Shown here piece after piece: positions 1 to 9,104 of a DNA stretch of 58,683 nucleotides. The notes beneath the pieces are model-generated. The model was not told the origin of the DNA and did no database searches. It saw only the letters and a program-made list of their open reading frames with translations. Position 1 is the first letter of the stretch, and each line of letters opens with the position of its first letter. Source of the DNA: Enterococcus phage AS-M1_NWU; the sequence record OR506460.1. One strand, given 5' to 3'. A program made the position numbers and the translations under genes.

Positions 1-51
1 CCGGACAACTCGTCCAAGTACCTTTTTCGATTTAAAAGTGATTCTTCTCTG
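1..51. repeat. Left copy of perfect 51-bp direct repeat (identical to 58627..58677)
   Basis: ccggacaactcgtccaagtacctttttcgatttaaaagtgattcttctctg occurs exactly at both window termini; flanks diverge immediately after. Confidence 0.9.
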
Positions 52-99
52 GAACGCACGGAGAGACGCGCACAGGCGTTAGCAATAGGGGACATCATC

Positions 100-330
100 T
101 AACACCGCGATCGCCTCGCACAATCGCACACGCTTACAATTTGAGGCACATCTAACCCGCAACCCCGCCCACCAGAACACCCATACGCCGAAACACCACG
201 AAAAGCGGTTATATTTGTAAAAACGTCATACGGAACACCCGCACACCCGAACACCCTCACAAAACGTAAAAACGACGTTCCCGATCGGCGTGTACACCCT
301 AGACGCTATACACCCGCCCAACGGGTACGA
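100..330. repeat. Cluster of ~8 short CACCC/ACACCC iteron-like direct repeats in non-coding DNA
   Basis: repeated aacaccc / cacacccg / tacaccc motifs, strong C/A strand bias, no credible ORF. Confidence 0.5.
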
Positions 331-642
331 CCGACAAACTTAAAACCCCCTTTAAGTCGGAACAAATGTATCAACGAGAACCGCCCTCAATCGAACCACA
401 CGGGCATAACACGTCATAGGTAATACATCGGCCTTACCTAGCGGGTAAAACACGCTGAGAACGCAACACATGGCTTTAAGGTAATTTTCCATAGGGCGCG
501 GGGGGAATGTGGGAGAGTGAGGGCTTGGGGTGGTGGTGTTGGGTGGGTAGGCGCTGGCGCGACCGCATGGATAGAACGACGGACAAGAACGCGAAAAGCC
601 CCGCACGAATGCGAGGCCTTGGGGGTGGGCTTGGTGGGACGG

Positions 643-882
643 CTACCGGATTGTTAGGGCGACTCCTCCGGCGAACACCAAGATAGCGACGCAAACCATG
701 AAGACGATCATCATGATAGCGCCGATTGATTCGAGAACCAACGTTGTGCGGTGTAGACCGTCGAAACCGTTTTTCTGTATGGCGCGGAAAAAGAACGCGA
801 GAATGTAAATCGAAATTAGGCCAAAGAAACACACGGCGCCCACGTTGTACACTCCGGAGAGTAGCATCTTGAGAACACTCAT
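643..882 (-). CDS. small hydrophobic (membrane) protein, ~79 aa
   Basis: ORF-track frame trimmed to ATG at 882, which overlaps the TGA of the upstream gene (ATGA coupling). Two hydrophobic helices. Confidence 0.4.
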   Translation of the reverse strand: MSVLKMLLSGVYNVGAVCFFGLISIYILAFFFRAIQKNGFDGLHRTTLVLESIGAIMMIVFMVCVAILVFAGGVALTIR

Positions 883-1457
883 TTGCGACCGCCTCGGGCT
901 TTTCGTTCTGCGATTATGTCTTCCTGACAGTAGGCGCTGAGTTTTTCCCAATCGTCGGGGATCTCGACGTAATCGCCACTGTTTAGGCGGGAAACCATCA
1001 ACGACTCAGAAAAGTAAATCCGCTCATTGGTGCGCACGTTCACATACTCCGCAAACATTCCGCGAGGGTGTTCTGATCCACTTCGTTGTAACGTCGCCCC
1101 CGTGTGCGCGATGGGGTCTTTCCCATTTTTGACGTAGACTAGCGACGGGAATTTAAAGCGGTCTTCCTGAACTGGAGTTTGTTCGTCCTCCTCGAACTTC
1201 ACGCCACAGAACGGGCAATAATTCATAAACACCGGAAAATTAGACTTTCTTACTTTATCGTTGAGAGACCCATCTTTCCGGCGGTCTTGGTAGTACGTGA
1301 AGAACTCAAGGAAGTAAGCCGTTGTCATCGTTTTGTTTCTCATGACATACGTTTCATTTTTCCAACCCGTCGAGTGTATTCTCGCGCCTTCCGGTAGCTT
1401 GTCGGCCACCCGATCAGCCATCGATTTTTGTATACGGTCGAAACATTTACAACTCAT
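879..1457 (-). CDS. hypothetical protein with C-terminal CxxC zinc-ribbon-like motif
   Basis: 192-aa ORF, CPFCG motif, coupled to neighbours. Confidence 0.5.
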   Translation of the reverse strand: MSCKCFDRIQKSMADRVADKLPEGARIHSTGWKNETYVMRNKTMTTAYFLEFFTYYQDRRKDGSLNDKVRKSNFPVFMNYCPFCGVKFEEDEQTPVQEDRFKFPSLVYVKNGKDPIAHTGATLQRSGSEHPRGMFAEYVNVRTNERIYFSESLMVSRLNSGDYVEIPDDWEKLSAYCQEDIIAERKARGGRK

Positions 1458-1666
1458 AATAATTGACTCCTAACAGACGAATAGATGACGAAACACGCGC
1501 CCACCAGCACAAAGGTGATTCCGGCTAAACTTACAGCGCGTAATTTCTCAAGCGTTTTTCGGGTCGTCGCTTTGTTCGTCCCCACGATACACAGGACAGC
1601 CACGCCGAACCCTAATACCATTAACACGACACCGAGGAAGAACGGCCACACGTTCACTATTTCCAT
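1454..1666 (-). CDS. small membrane protein
   Basis: 70-aa ORF with two hydrophobic helices, ATGA overlap with neighbour. Confidence 0.4.
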   Translation of the reverse strand: MEIVNVWPFFLGVVLMVLGFGVAVLCIVGTNKATTRKTLEKLRAVSLAGITFVLVGACFVIYSSVRSQLL

Positions 1667-2007
1667 TTTCGGCCACCTCGAAGCGCGTCAACCCGTTTAT
1701 TCATCTCGTAGGTGAGAAACTCTTTAGCCTGTTTGATGAAACGACATTCCCGCTCTACTACCTCGATTGAGTCCTTACCGTTTGTGCGGTGAACGTTCAC
1801 CCGAACTAGCGAGGAGACGGAACCCGGATATAACAACACGCGGATCATATCGCCATCATGTGAGGCCTCAAACTCGGGTAACTCGGCTCTCAGTATTTGT
1901 GCTCGCTTGACCATCTTAAATTTATTCCGCAACTGGTCGGACAAGCCCCAAGGTAAAACTCTATTTGTCATTATGTCTTTCCCTCTCCTCTTGTAGTTCC
2001 ATCGCAC
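1657..2007 (-). CDS. hypothetical early protein
   Basis: 116-aa ORF in same-strand operon. Confidence 0.4.
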   Translation of the reverse strand: MRWNYKRRGKDIMTNRVLPWGLSDQLRNKFKMVKRAQILRAELPEFEASHDGDMIRVLLYPGSVSSLVRVNVHRTNGKDSIEVVERECRFIKQAKEFLTYEMNKRVDALRGGRKWK

Positions 2008-2224
2008 GGATCAGCGCGTCGATAGCCTCTTTGATGTCGGCCAAGGTGCTATTTTTGCCACGCTTCCCGGGAACTAAGATTTTCTTTAAAGCGTGCTGTA
2101 TCGCCGGGCAGGTCACTTGCCACATTTCGATAATGTCGTAAACATCGAAGACCTGACCGTGATATACTCGACGGTATTTATGGCCGGCATGTTTCGGGTC
2201 GTCATAACTCACTTTCTTAGCCAT
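1961..2224 (-). CDS. hypothetical early protein
   Basis: 87-aa ORF, basic N-terminus. Confidence 0.4.
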   Translation of the reverse strand: MAKKVSYDDPKHAGHKYRRVYHGQVFDVYDIIEMWQVTCPAIQHALKKILVPGKRGKNSTLADIKEAIDALIRAMELQEERERHNDK

Positions 2225-2227
2225 ATA

Positions 2228-2422
2228 TTATTTATCCCCTTTTAATTTGTTAGTTTTATTATGATCATTATCTTTGCGTTGGTGTGGTGGTTTTAATAAT
2301 TCGTTATTGTCGTCGGATAACCCCAATACATCATCAATAATGGCGTTACTACAACTTACGGTTGTATTCACCGTCTGACCGGCGCATAAAGGCGTTATTA
2401 GGTATAAACTATCAAACATCAC
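2228..2422 (-). CDS. hypothetical small protein
   Basis: 64-aa ORF immediately downstream of previous. Confidence 0.3.
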   Translation of the reverse strand: MMFDSLYLITPLCAGQTVNTTVSCSNAIIDDVLGLSDDNNELLKPPHQRKDNDHNKTNKLKGDK

Positions 2423-2697
2423 TCACCCCTTTTTAATTTAATTAAATCGTCTATCGTTAATTCTTCTCCGCGGTCGCAACGAATAGAAAATAAATCATCG
2501 CGGAATGGGTACGCTATTAATTCTTTTTGACAGTCGGAATAATTCAAATCTCAGGCAATGGGCGAAACTCAATGCGACGAGAACCACCATCAATCATGAA
2601 ATTCTCGATCACTGATGACAGTCTGGCTTTCTGGTTTACCGCGATAGTCTCATAGTCACCGTCCCAACCGTACACTCGTAAAACTTTCGTCGGCGCA

Positions 2698-3321
2698 CTA
2701 TGCGATAAAATGGCGATAGGCTAGTCGGTCGAGGTTATAGAACATTGACCCCACATATTGTAAGTCGTTATTAAACATCGTATTTATAGACGCGATAATC
2801 TCGATCGCCCCTTGATTATTTCTAGCGCATTTGAAATTTAGAACTTGGCCACGATATACGACACCGAACGACTTGCGGGCGATCAAGAGACTATCCATAA
2901 GCACTAAATCCAATGGGTCGGCTTTCTCCGCTTTACGCGTCATCTCCTTGATTCCTCGGCGTTGCTGTGCGCTTGGTTGCATTGATTTACGCAATGATAC
3001 GTGAAGCGGTTTATCTAGGGATACGGTTTTATTTGATAACTCGGTCAAGTAGTCAACAGAACCACACTCCCGGATCTTGTTCTCGACGATATTAAAACTT
3101 CCGGCTTCCACGGTTTCGGTTGCCACTTTCTCGCCGACAATAACGGTAATGATGGCTTTATAAGTTAGTTTTTCGCCGGCGGAATATTTAACTTTAATTG
3201 ATGCGGTCGCGTCTTTGTTTGTGTAAGTCACCGTTTCATAGTGTGTAGGATTAGCTTTGATAACGTTACAAATTTGACGCAATTCCGCACGTTCTGAAGC
3301 ACCGATAGTAATCTTTTTCAT
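2698..3321 (-). CDS. hypothetical early protein (first gene after early promoter cassette copy 1)
   Basis: 207-aa ORF; ATG preceded by conserved leader ...ttgaggattttaaaATG. Confidence 0.55.
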   Translation of the reverse strand: MKKITIGASERAELRQICNVIKANPTHYETVTYTNKDATASIKVKYSAGEKLTYKAIITVIVGEKVATETVEAGSFNIVENKIRECGSVDYLTELSNKTVSLDKPLHVSLRKSMQPSAQQRRGIKEMTRKAEKADPLDLVLMDSLLIARKSFGVVYRGQVLNFKCARNNQGAIEIIASINTMFNNDLQYVGSMFYNLDRLAYRHFIA

Positions 3322-3374
3322 TTTAAAATCCTCAATACTGGTTTAAGTTTCCGGTTCGTTCCGGCTATGTGAGT

Positions 3375-3403
3375 AATATAATATTACCGCTCTCAGGTGT
3401 CAA
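3375..3403 (-). promoter_or_regulatory. sigma70-like early promoter copy 1 (TTGACA-N17-TATATT on minus strand)
   Basis: revcomp reads ttgacacctgagagcggtaatattatatt; part of a ~110-bp cassette repeated 4x. Confidence 0.6.
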
Positions 3404-3430
3404 CAAGTTTTTATAATTATTTTAGGCAAT

Positions 3431-3464
3431 AAAAAAGGACGGCCACCCGAAAAGATGACCGCCC
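3431..3464 (-). terminator. putative intrinsic terminator (minus strand) upstream of promoter copy 1
   Basis: minus-strand RNA GGGCGG-loop-CCGUCC (G-U wobble) followed by UUUUUU. Confidence 0.3.
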
Positions 3465-3482
3465 CTAGTGTTGATGCTTCGA

Positions 3483-3704
3483 TTATCGTGTGAGCATCGT
3501 AACCACTGAATTTTTAACCATTTCCAATGAATCCCCGCCAAGGCTCACACCTTGCCCGCAGAAAGTCCACGGCTTGAGGTGGTGGGGCGTCTTGGCAATC
3601 GTCCCGATCCACACCCCACCCGCAACAACGTAATAAATATTTTCGCCTCGCTCTTGGTAAATCTCGATCGTCTTATCCATGGTTGGATTATTTACCGGCT
3701 TCAT
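3483..3704 (-). CDS. hypothetical small protein
   Basis: 73-aa ORF overlapping 3' end of upstream gene by 17 nt. Confidence 0.35.
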   Translation of the reverse strand: MKPVNNPTMDKTIEIYQERGENIYYVVAGGVWIGTIAKTPHHLKPWTFCGQGVSLGGDSLEMVKNSVVTMLTR

Positions 3705-4338
3705 TTTCTACCCCTTTAATTTTAACTAGCTCTTGTTTGTACTCGGAGCCGAGCACATAATTTTTATTTTCTTCCTTTGGATAAGGCAATACCGGATATC
3801 GAAGCAACTTTTTATATTTCTTCACGACCGAACGGCTCCCCGTAAAATAAACATATCGATGCTTAGACGTTCTAACTTGTCGATAAGTCTTACTTTCCTT
3901 CCCTTGATAATGCCGAGAGTGTTTACCTTGTTCCGTGTATTTATCGGTGCGCGCTTTCGTTGCCCCCGTGTAGATGAAATTGGACGCTTGATAAATATAC
4001 CCGTTGTGGTTCATACCGCGATCCGCATACGACACAATTACCAAGTTTTCACTTTTCAACTCAGCCATAGCGAACGCGATCAATCGGGACGGCGCGTTAC
4101 GGATCGGACGAGTAAAACAAAGACGGTTTAGCTCAAAAACTTTGCTTTTGTACTCCTCGCCCAATATTCCAACGCATAGCGGATTACTCGCCGGCTTGCC
4201 GATAGTTAGAACACCGACAAGCTCCTCGTCTTCGAAGAAACCGAAAGCGTAAGAGATGCTAGGGCGCCTTTCCGCATAATGGTAGTTTAAGATTATGTCT
4301 AAACAATCTTTAGGATCGATACGCCTCATAGAATACAT
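3688..4338 (-). CDS. putative Mom-like DNA-modification protein (GNAT-fold acyltransferase family); tentative
   Basis: 216 aa; motifs NYHYAERRP, ELNRLC, VSYAD, GYIYQASNF resemble my memory of phage Mu Mom family; needs HMM confirmation. Confidence 0.35.
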   Translation of the reverse strand: MYSMRRIDPKDCLDIILNYHYAERRPSISYAFGFFEDEELVGVLTIGKPASNPLCVGILGEEYKSKVFELNRLCFTRPIRNAPSRLIAFAMAELKSENLVIVSYADRGMNHNGYIYQASNFIYTGATKARTDKYTEQGKHSRHYQGKESKTYRQVRTSKHRYVYFTGSRSVVKKYKKLLRYPVLPYPKEENKNYVLGSEYKQELVKIKGVENEAGK

Positions 4339-4341
4339 ATT

Positions 4342-5082
4342 TTAACCCTCCCACGTCCAAGATTCTGAGGCGTCACGAACAATAATTTCGGCCGGACGGT
4401 TTGCGCGTATTGCAACGTCTTTACCATCAACGAAGTAGACCGCGAAAAAATACCCGAACACGTCGCCATCTTTTACGTGGATTTCTCGTCCGTCGTCTTC
4501 GCAGTAGAACACTGTAAGCCCGTCTACTGATGCTTCGTTGTTCACTTCGAAACCAAGGCTTGACAGGCCGTCTAACAGCGGGCGCATTGTGTCGAAACTT
4601 TCAGGAAGTGACGCCAAGATCAAGGCGTCTAAATCACTAACCGCGTTACGTTTAAGAGTCACACACCCGCCGATCGTGAAAGTTATGTCCCAATCTTCGG
4701 TTGCTTCGCCACGGCTAAAAAATATGGCTTTTAATTCTTCCCCGTCGTTTGTTTTTGTAAACGTTGTCGCTCCGTGAGATTTATCAAGGTCTAAAGAGAA
4801 CCCTAGCGCTTTCATTACGGCGATAGTTCGTGCGGATAAGTCCGCATCATTGGCCATATGACAGCTCGCACCATGATCGAACGCGCTCACCTCGACGCTC
4901 TCAAAAAGATATCTAACTAACGGAAGAAATTTATCTAGGTCAGCAATTAATGCTATCGCCCCCGATAATGTTTTAACATCGCCCACCTTGGCGCGAGGGC
5001 TAACTGTCAAAATATAATTACGAACACTTTCGGGCATATCAAAAGGGCTGTTATTGGTTACAACGTTAGAAATGAAAGTCAT
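4342..5082 (-). CDS. hypothetical early protein (after promoter cassette copy 2)
   Basis: 246-aa ORF, RBS ggagga 7 nt before ATG, conserved leader. Confidence 0.55.
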   Translation of the reverse strand: MTFISNVVTNNSPFDMPESVRNYILTVSPRAKVGDVKTLSGAIALIADLDKFLPLVRYLFESVEVSAFDHGASCHMANDADLSARTIAVMKALGFSLDLDKSHGATTFTKTNDGEELKAIFFSRGEATEDWDITFTIGGCVTLKRNAVSDLDALILASLPESFDTMRPLLDGLSSLGFEVNNEASVDGLTVFYCEDDGREIHVKDGDVFGYFFAVYFVDGKDVAIRANRPAEIIVRDASESWTWEG

Positions 5083-5136
5083 GATTTAAATCCTCCATAC
5101 TGGTTTAAGTTTCCGGCTCGTTCCGGGTATGTGGGT

Positions 5137-5165
5137 AATATAATACTACCGCGCTCAGGTGTCAA
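5137..5165 (-). promoter_or_regulatory. sigma70-like early promoter copy 2
   Basis: revcomp ttgacacctgagcgcggtagtattatatt. Confidence 0.6.
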
Positions 5166-5191
5166 CAAGTTTTTATAAATATTCTAGGCAA

Positions 5192-5230
5192 TAAAAAACC
5201 TCTTACCGTGGCACCGAATAAGAGGTTTTA
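5192..5230. terminator. bidirectional intrinsic terminator hairpin
   Basis: 9-bp perfect stem aacctctta / taagaggtt, 13-nt loop, A-run 5' and T-run 3'. Confidence 0.45.
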
Positions 5231-5426
5231 GTTACTAACTTGTTTTCGTGTTTTCAAATCAAGGCTATATTAACGGATATTTTTCAGCTTGTAAACAATA
5301 AATTTATCCGCTTAAAAGAAAAAAGCCCGCATATACGGGCTTAAAATATAAGGCTTAATGACCTAAAATTACGCAAACTTTACGAAGTGTGGCACAAGTA
5401 ACCCAAATCAACCAACGGAAGCGAAC

Positions 5427-5636
5427 TTATCCACCGTTGAGCTGAACAATAACACCGTTACGGGTACTGTCAAGAGTTGCAGCGCATAGACCAATAGAAC
5501 CGCGCCACGGTGAATATATCCCACAGGATACACACTTTAATCTAAACAAAACTAGCCCGTTACTACTGCGAGCCTCAGATCTAAACGGCTTACCGCATGA
5601 ACAATAATACCAGTTTTTCTTTTCCTTGATCACCAC
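5427..5636 (-). CDS. small Cys-rich (zinc-ribbon-like) protein
   Basis: 69 aa, CSCG...CVSCG motifs. Confidence 0.35.
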   Translation of the reverse strand: MVIKEKKNWYYCSCGKPFRSEARSSNGLVLFRLKCVSCGIYSPWRGSIGLCAATLDSTRNGVIVQLNGG

Positions 5637-6061
5637 ACAGCCCCCCTTACGTTCGTGAGTGTGTCCCTATAACTCCGATATAAATTTTTTGCTCCTCGTA
5701 TCCATTCGCCGGCGATCTCCCCCGAGAAAAGAACCGGCTCGTAAACCGGGTAAGTGACATTAGGGCTATCCGTTCTAACGTCGTCGATCCTAACGTATGC
5801 CCGCCGGTGTCCGTAAGAATATCGGACGGTTAGGACTCTAAGCAACTTGCTGTTAACATGGAACACGACGCCATAAGAGTAATTAAAGTCCGGTAACGAT
5901 AAATCGATGCTAGGCCTCCCGATAGCCACTACCGGGAGATTTAGAAACTCATTACAAGCCTCATAAAATTTGAAACAATTTACTGAGTTACCCATGATAT
6001 ACAACCCCGCGCAGTTCCAGACCTCGGAAATTATAGTAAATCTCAGACTCACCGGCTTCAT
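5630..6061 (-). CDS. hypothetical protein
   Basis: 143-aa ORF overlapping the 3' end of the 5988..6557 gene. Confidence 0.4.
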   Translation of the reverse strand: MKPVSLRFTIISEVWNCAGLYIMGNSVNCFKFYEACNEFLNLPVVAIGRPSIDLSLPDFNYSYGVVFHVNSKLLRVLTVRYSYGHRRAYVRIDDVRTDSPNVTYPVYEPVLFSGEIAGEWIRGAKNLYRSYRDTLTNVRGAVW

Positions 6062-6557
6062 TCGGCGCCCACATGCACACAGAAAAGTCGCCAGCGTCGA
6101 ACTCTCTTAGATGCGATATGTGACCGAAACGGCACCCGCCAGTGATTACCAGCTCGTCGATTGTTCCGAACTCCTCGCAACCCTCGACAACTTCTTCCAG
6201 TGCTTCGGCCAGTTCTTCGATGTAGGCTTCCACTTGTTCACGCCAAGACGCTCTTATTAATGCGTTAGCTTCCATCATCAAACAATTTAATGAACTTTCG
6301 CACCCGCTGAAATCTAAAGGAGATTCTAACTCAACAGAATCAAACTCGCTAGACTGGACGATCTCCCACGCTTCCCCGAAGTGGTCAACGCTGATACACT
6401 CCGGCGCATTCATTAGGTTATTTTCTTCGAAAAGGTCGCGTAATTGATTTTCGAAATCTCCGCGGGTATCTAATGAAGTTCCTTTAGGTAGACCCGTATT
6501 AACATCATCAATGATAGATTGGAAGATAGACGCTTTAGTGTATGCTAATTCAGCCAC
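5988..6557 (-). CDS. highly acidic hypothetical protein (candidate DNA-mimic/anti-restriction); GTG start
   Basis: Listed ORF start (TTG at 6572) lies inside the conserved leader RBS; GTG at 6557 is 8 nt after gagga. Very high D/E content. Confidence 0.45.
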   Translation of the reverse strand: MAELAYTKASIFQSIIDDVNTGLPKGTSLDTRGDFENQLRDLFEENNLMNAPECISVDHFGEAWEIVQSSEFDSVELESPLDFSGCESSLNCLMMEANALIRASWREQVEAYIEELAEALEEVVEGCEEFGTIDELVITGGCRFGHISHLREFDAGDFSVCMWAPNEAGESEIYYNFRGLELRGVVYHG

Positions 6558-6611
6558 GGTAATAATCCTCAATACTGGTTTAATTTTCCGGTTCGTTCCG
6601 GCTATGTGTGT

Positions 6612-6640
6612 AATATAATACTACCGCTCTCAGGTGTCAA
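6612..6640 (-). promoter_or_regulatory. sigma70-like early promoter copy 3
   Basis: revcomp ttgacacctgagagcggtagtattatatt. Confidence 0.6.
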
Positions 6641-6662
6641 CATGTTTTTATAATTATTTTCC

Positions 6663-7064
6663 TCAATCGGGGAAATAGGGGATTCTACATTCACATAAGG
6701 TCAGATTTTCTATGTGGGTAAAAATGACCTCTAAGTGTAACGTCTTCCAGCACTGGCCGGAATTCAGGAAATGCCGGCGGATAATGAGCCAGCCCCGATC
6801 ATCTTCGACTATTCCGGATATGCGAAGGCTTACAATAGTTTTGTTGTCTGAGTAAGCCGGTTTACTCTCCGGATCAGCTCGGAAGTAAAACGCATTAGCT
6901 AGATTTAAAATAGTCTGTATGTCGTGCGTAGATAGTTGTAACTCTTTTTCGTGCGGACTCAAGAACGAAGAAAGCCGGGATCTCGCCCGGCGTGAATTGG
7001 TATCTTTAGGAACTGATGAAAAGTATGTCACACCGTCCACCCCATTAACTGTATAATCGCTCAA
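6663..7064 (-). CDS. hypothetical protein
   Basis: 133-aa ORF. Confidence 0.45.
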   Translation of the reverse strand: MSDYTVNGVDGVTYFSSVPKDTNSRRARSRLSSFLSPHEKELQLSTHDIQTILNLANAFYFRADPESKPAYSDNKTIVSLRISGIVEDDRGWLIIRRHFLNSGQCWKTLHLEVIFTHIENLTLCECRIPYFPD

Positions 7065-7233
7065 AACTTTTCACCTCTCGATGTGTAACGGTTCGGTTAT
7101 AAGAGACGTTACGTGTTAACATAAAGCGCATATCCCACGCTGGACAGAATAGCGAACCGTCCCCATTGACAGTAACTTTTTCGTCGTCAGCGATTAAAAT
7201 CATACCGCTGTTTAGAGTAATTTTATTCTTCAT
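7045..7233 (-). CDS. hypothetical small protein
   Basis: Track ORF trimmed to ATG at 7233 (overlaps upstream stop by 11 nt). Confidence 0.3.
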   Translation of the reverse strand: MKNKITLNSGMILIADDEKVTVNGDGSLFCPAWDMRFMLTRNVSYNRTVTHREVKSFERLYS

Positions 7234-7465
7234 CGTTATCTCTCCCACGTATCGCAGATATAAACGCTTCCCCGCTCTCCTGATCAGGCCACGCAATCCC
7301 GCCAACCACGCCGAACGCTATCCCATAAAGACAGAAACGCGCGACGGTTAGATCACCATATACGGCCAAAGTTCCCACCGCCCCCGCGAACCCTACCGCA
7401 CAAAGAGACGCGACGACAAAACCGAACGCCCCGCGAGCCTCTAAATTATTTAATTTCTTAGCCAT
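7223..7465 (-). CDS. small membrane protein (2 TM)
   Basis: 80 aa, Gly/Ala-rich hydrophobic helices. Confidence 0.4.
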   Translation of the reverse strand: MAKKLNNLEARGAFGFVVASLCAVGFAGAVGTLAVYGDLTVARFCLYGIAFGVVGGIAWPDQESGEAFISAIRGRDNDEE

Positions 7466-7476
7466 AGATAAACTCC

Positions 7477-7803
7477 TTACGGGTGAATAATAATATTATC
7501 GTTGCGTGTTCGAACCGGCTCCGATAAATACATATTCGCCACCTTACCGCTTTTTATATCCTTTTTAATCTCGGATATCATCAAGCCCGACCGAATAATT
7601 ACAGAAGACGGGCTACTCACTCTTTCTTCTGATATCGCAACAGGGAAAGGGAAATCATTCAATAGGTTATCGATGAACTTTTCCAGATAATCCGCGTCGG
7701 CTTTATGGGAGAGGACGACATATTGCTCATAGTTCGCCTCAATCCCTGTGACAGTCAGACGATGCGCAGAACGGAAAAGATCGAAAGGAATTTGTTTGCT
7801 CAT
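7477..7803 (-). CDS. hypothetical early protein (first gene after promoter copy 4)
   Basis: ATG at 7803 preceded by RBS tgagg; promoter 7836..7864 upstream. Confidence 0.5.
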   Translation of the reverse strand: MSKQIPFDLFRSAHRLTVTGIEANYEQYVVLSHKADADYLEKFIDNLLNDFPFPVAISEERVSSPSSVIIRSGLMISEIKKDIKSGKVANMYLSEPVRTRNDNIIIHP

Positions 7804-7835
7804 TACTAAAACCTCAGTTTGTTTGTGTGCTGAGA

Positions 7836-7864
7836 ATATTAACAACACCTCGGGCCGGTGTCAA
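7836..7864 (-). promoter_or_regulatory. sigma70-like leftward early promoter copy 4
   Basis: revcomp ttgacaccggcccgaggtgttgttaatat. Confidence 0.55.
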
Positions 7865-7974
7865 CAAGTTTTTTTATCTATAAAAATTCTGACGGAACAA
7901 AGGAAACGCGCCCACCGGTGCGCCCGTACATACATATAAGACGGACAGTTTGTACTTATCTACAAAAATCTCAG

Positions 7975-8144
7975 GCTTACTTCAAAAACCTCGCGGGCCG
8001 ATGATTTTCTGTGACGATTTAAAAACTTTTCCGGCCGGCTTACTTCAAAAACCTCGCGGGCTGAAAAAATTCCCGTGAGGAATAAAAACTGGCCAATGGA
8101 TTTATCTACAAAAATTAGAACCTAACTTCAAAAACCTCGCCGGC
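7975..8144. repeat. three ~25-bp direct repeats (ggcttacttcaaaaacctcgcgggc) interleaved with ttatctacaaaaat repeats
   Basis: copies at 7975..7998, 8037..8061, 8121..8144; ttatcta[ct]aaaaat at 7883, 7955, 8102; between divergent promoters. Confidence 0.7.
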
Positions 8145-8204
8145 TGACGGAAATCCTCGGGTAACATCGATTAAAACTTTACGGTTAAAAATACATAAAA
8201 ACGT

Positions 8205-8233
8205 TTGACACCGCAAACAGGTTAGATTAGTAT
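8205..8233 (+). promoter_or_regulatory. rightward early promoter TTGACA-N17-TAGTAT
   Basis: ttgacaccgcaaacaggttagattagtat, 40 nt upstream of ORF 8275. Confidence 0.5.
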
Positions 8234-8274
8234 TCTCGGACATTAAAGATGATTAGCCACAACAAGGGGAAAAC

Positions 8275-8706
8275 ATGATCGAGTCAGAAGATATTATTTT
8301 CGTAAACGGCGACAAACCTAAAATCGATAACTCGCCCGCGCTAGAAAGTCGCAACACGGTTAGTGTAGAACTAGAACGAGAGTTAACCGCAGCGTCTTCG
8401 ATTCCAGACAAACTTACAGTAGTACCAACAAAAGGGAGACCCACCAGCATGGTAGGTATGATCGTATCGTTAGATGTCGGAGACGTGTTTACTAAATCCG
8501 AGTTTATTCTTGAAGTTTCAGACCTCGACGCCATGAGCGAGAGCGTAGACCTGACTGCACGAAAAGAAAAACTCAGACAAAGCGTAAAAGCGTCTATGAC
8601 CCACGCTAAAAAGAAAACTAATGGCGAATATACTTTAGAAACGCACCACTTTATTACGCCGTTGGGTCGCCTTTACATTCAAGTTTTAGTGACCCGTATT
8701 TCCTGA
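8275..8706 (+). CDS. hypothetical early protein
   Basis: 143-aa ORF, RBS aagggga before ATG. Confidence 0.5.
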   Translation: MIESEDIIFVNGDKPKIDNSPALESRNTVSVELERELTAASSIPDKLTVVPTKGRPTSMVGMIVSLDVGDVFTKSEFILEVSDLDAMSESVDLTARKEKLRQSVKASMTHAKKKTNGEYTLETHHFITPLGRLYIQVLVTRIS

Positions 8707-8787
8707 GCAATTTTTTGTAGGTTTCACGTTTTTTAAAAAGGCGTGACACCCTATGGCAAACAACCACCCTATCGGAGAGAAAAACCA

Positions 8788-9099
8788 ATGGAACGCAACG
8801 ACAATTTAGAGCACACCACCCCCGTAGACCCTGATAAACAAATCGTCAAGTTGTTAGAGGGGAACCCGGAGCTTTTAAAGCACTTTTATAAACTTTCCGC
8901 AATGGCGGATAAAGTGGGAGAGATGGAACGCTCTTTCGAAGAACGCGTTGACGCCGTATTTAAAGTAGGTATCCGCCTAGTCATGATCGCGAGCAACCGG
9001 AAAAACCTTATCGTAACCGATGACGATGTGGCAAAGGCGGAGAACTCAACACTGGAAGTTAGCGAAAATAACGGCAATGTTAAATATATGATCAAGTAG
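8788..9099 (+). CDS. hypothetical protein
   Basis: Start moved to ATG 8788 with RBS ggagaga. Confidence 0.45.
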   Translation: MERNDNLEHTTPVDPDKQIVKLLEGNPELLKHFYKLSAMADKVGEMERSFEERVDAVFKVGIRLVMIASNRKNLIVTDDDVAKAENSTLEVSENNGNVKYMIK

Positions 9100-9104
9100 G
9101 TAGT

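Noticed and set aside
352-832. Track ORFs 352..606 and 476..832 (Pro/Arg-rich)
   Set aside because: They lie in the strongly strand-skewed G-rich/CACCC repeat non-coding region. Their composition is a by-product of the repeats, and there is no RBS or coupling.
3483-3704. Possibility that the 73-aa Cys/His-containing ORF is a Com-like translational activator of the Mom-like gene
   Set aside because: It lies downstream of, and overlaps the 3' end of, the Mom-like gene. Mu com is upstream of mom. The Mom assignment itself is tentative.
8253-8534. Minus-strand 93-aa ORF
   Set aside because: It is antisense to the better-supported plus ORF 8275..8706, which has a promoter and RBS, and it lies on the wrong side of the leftward promoters.
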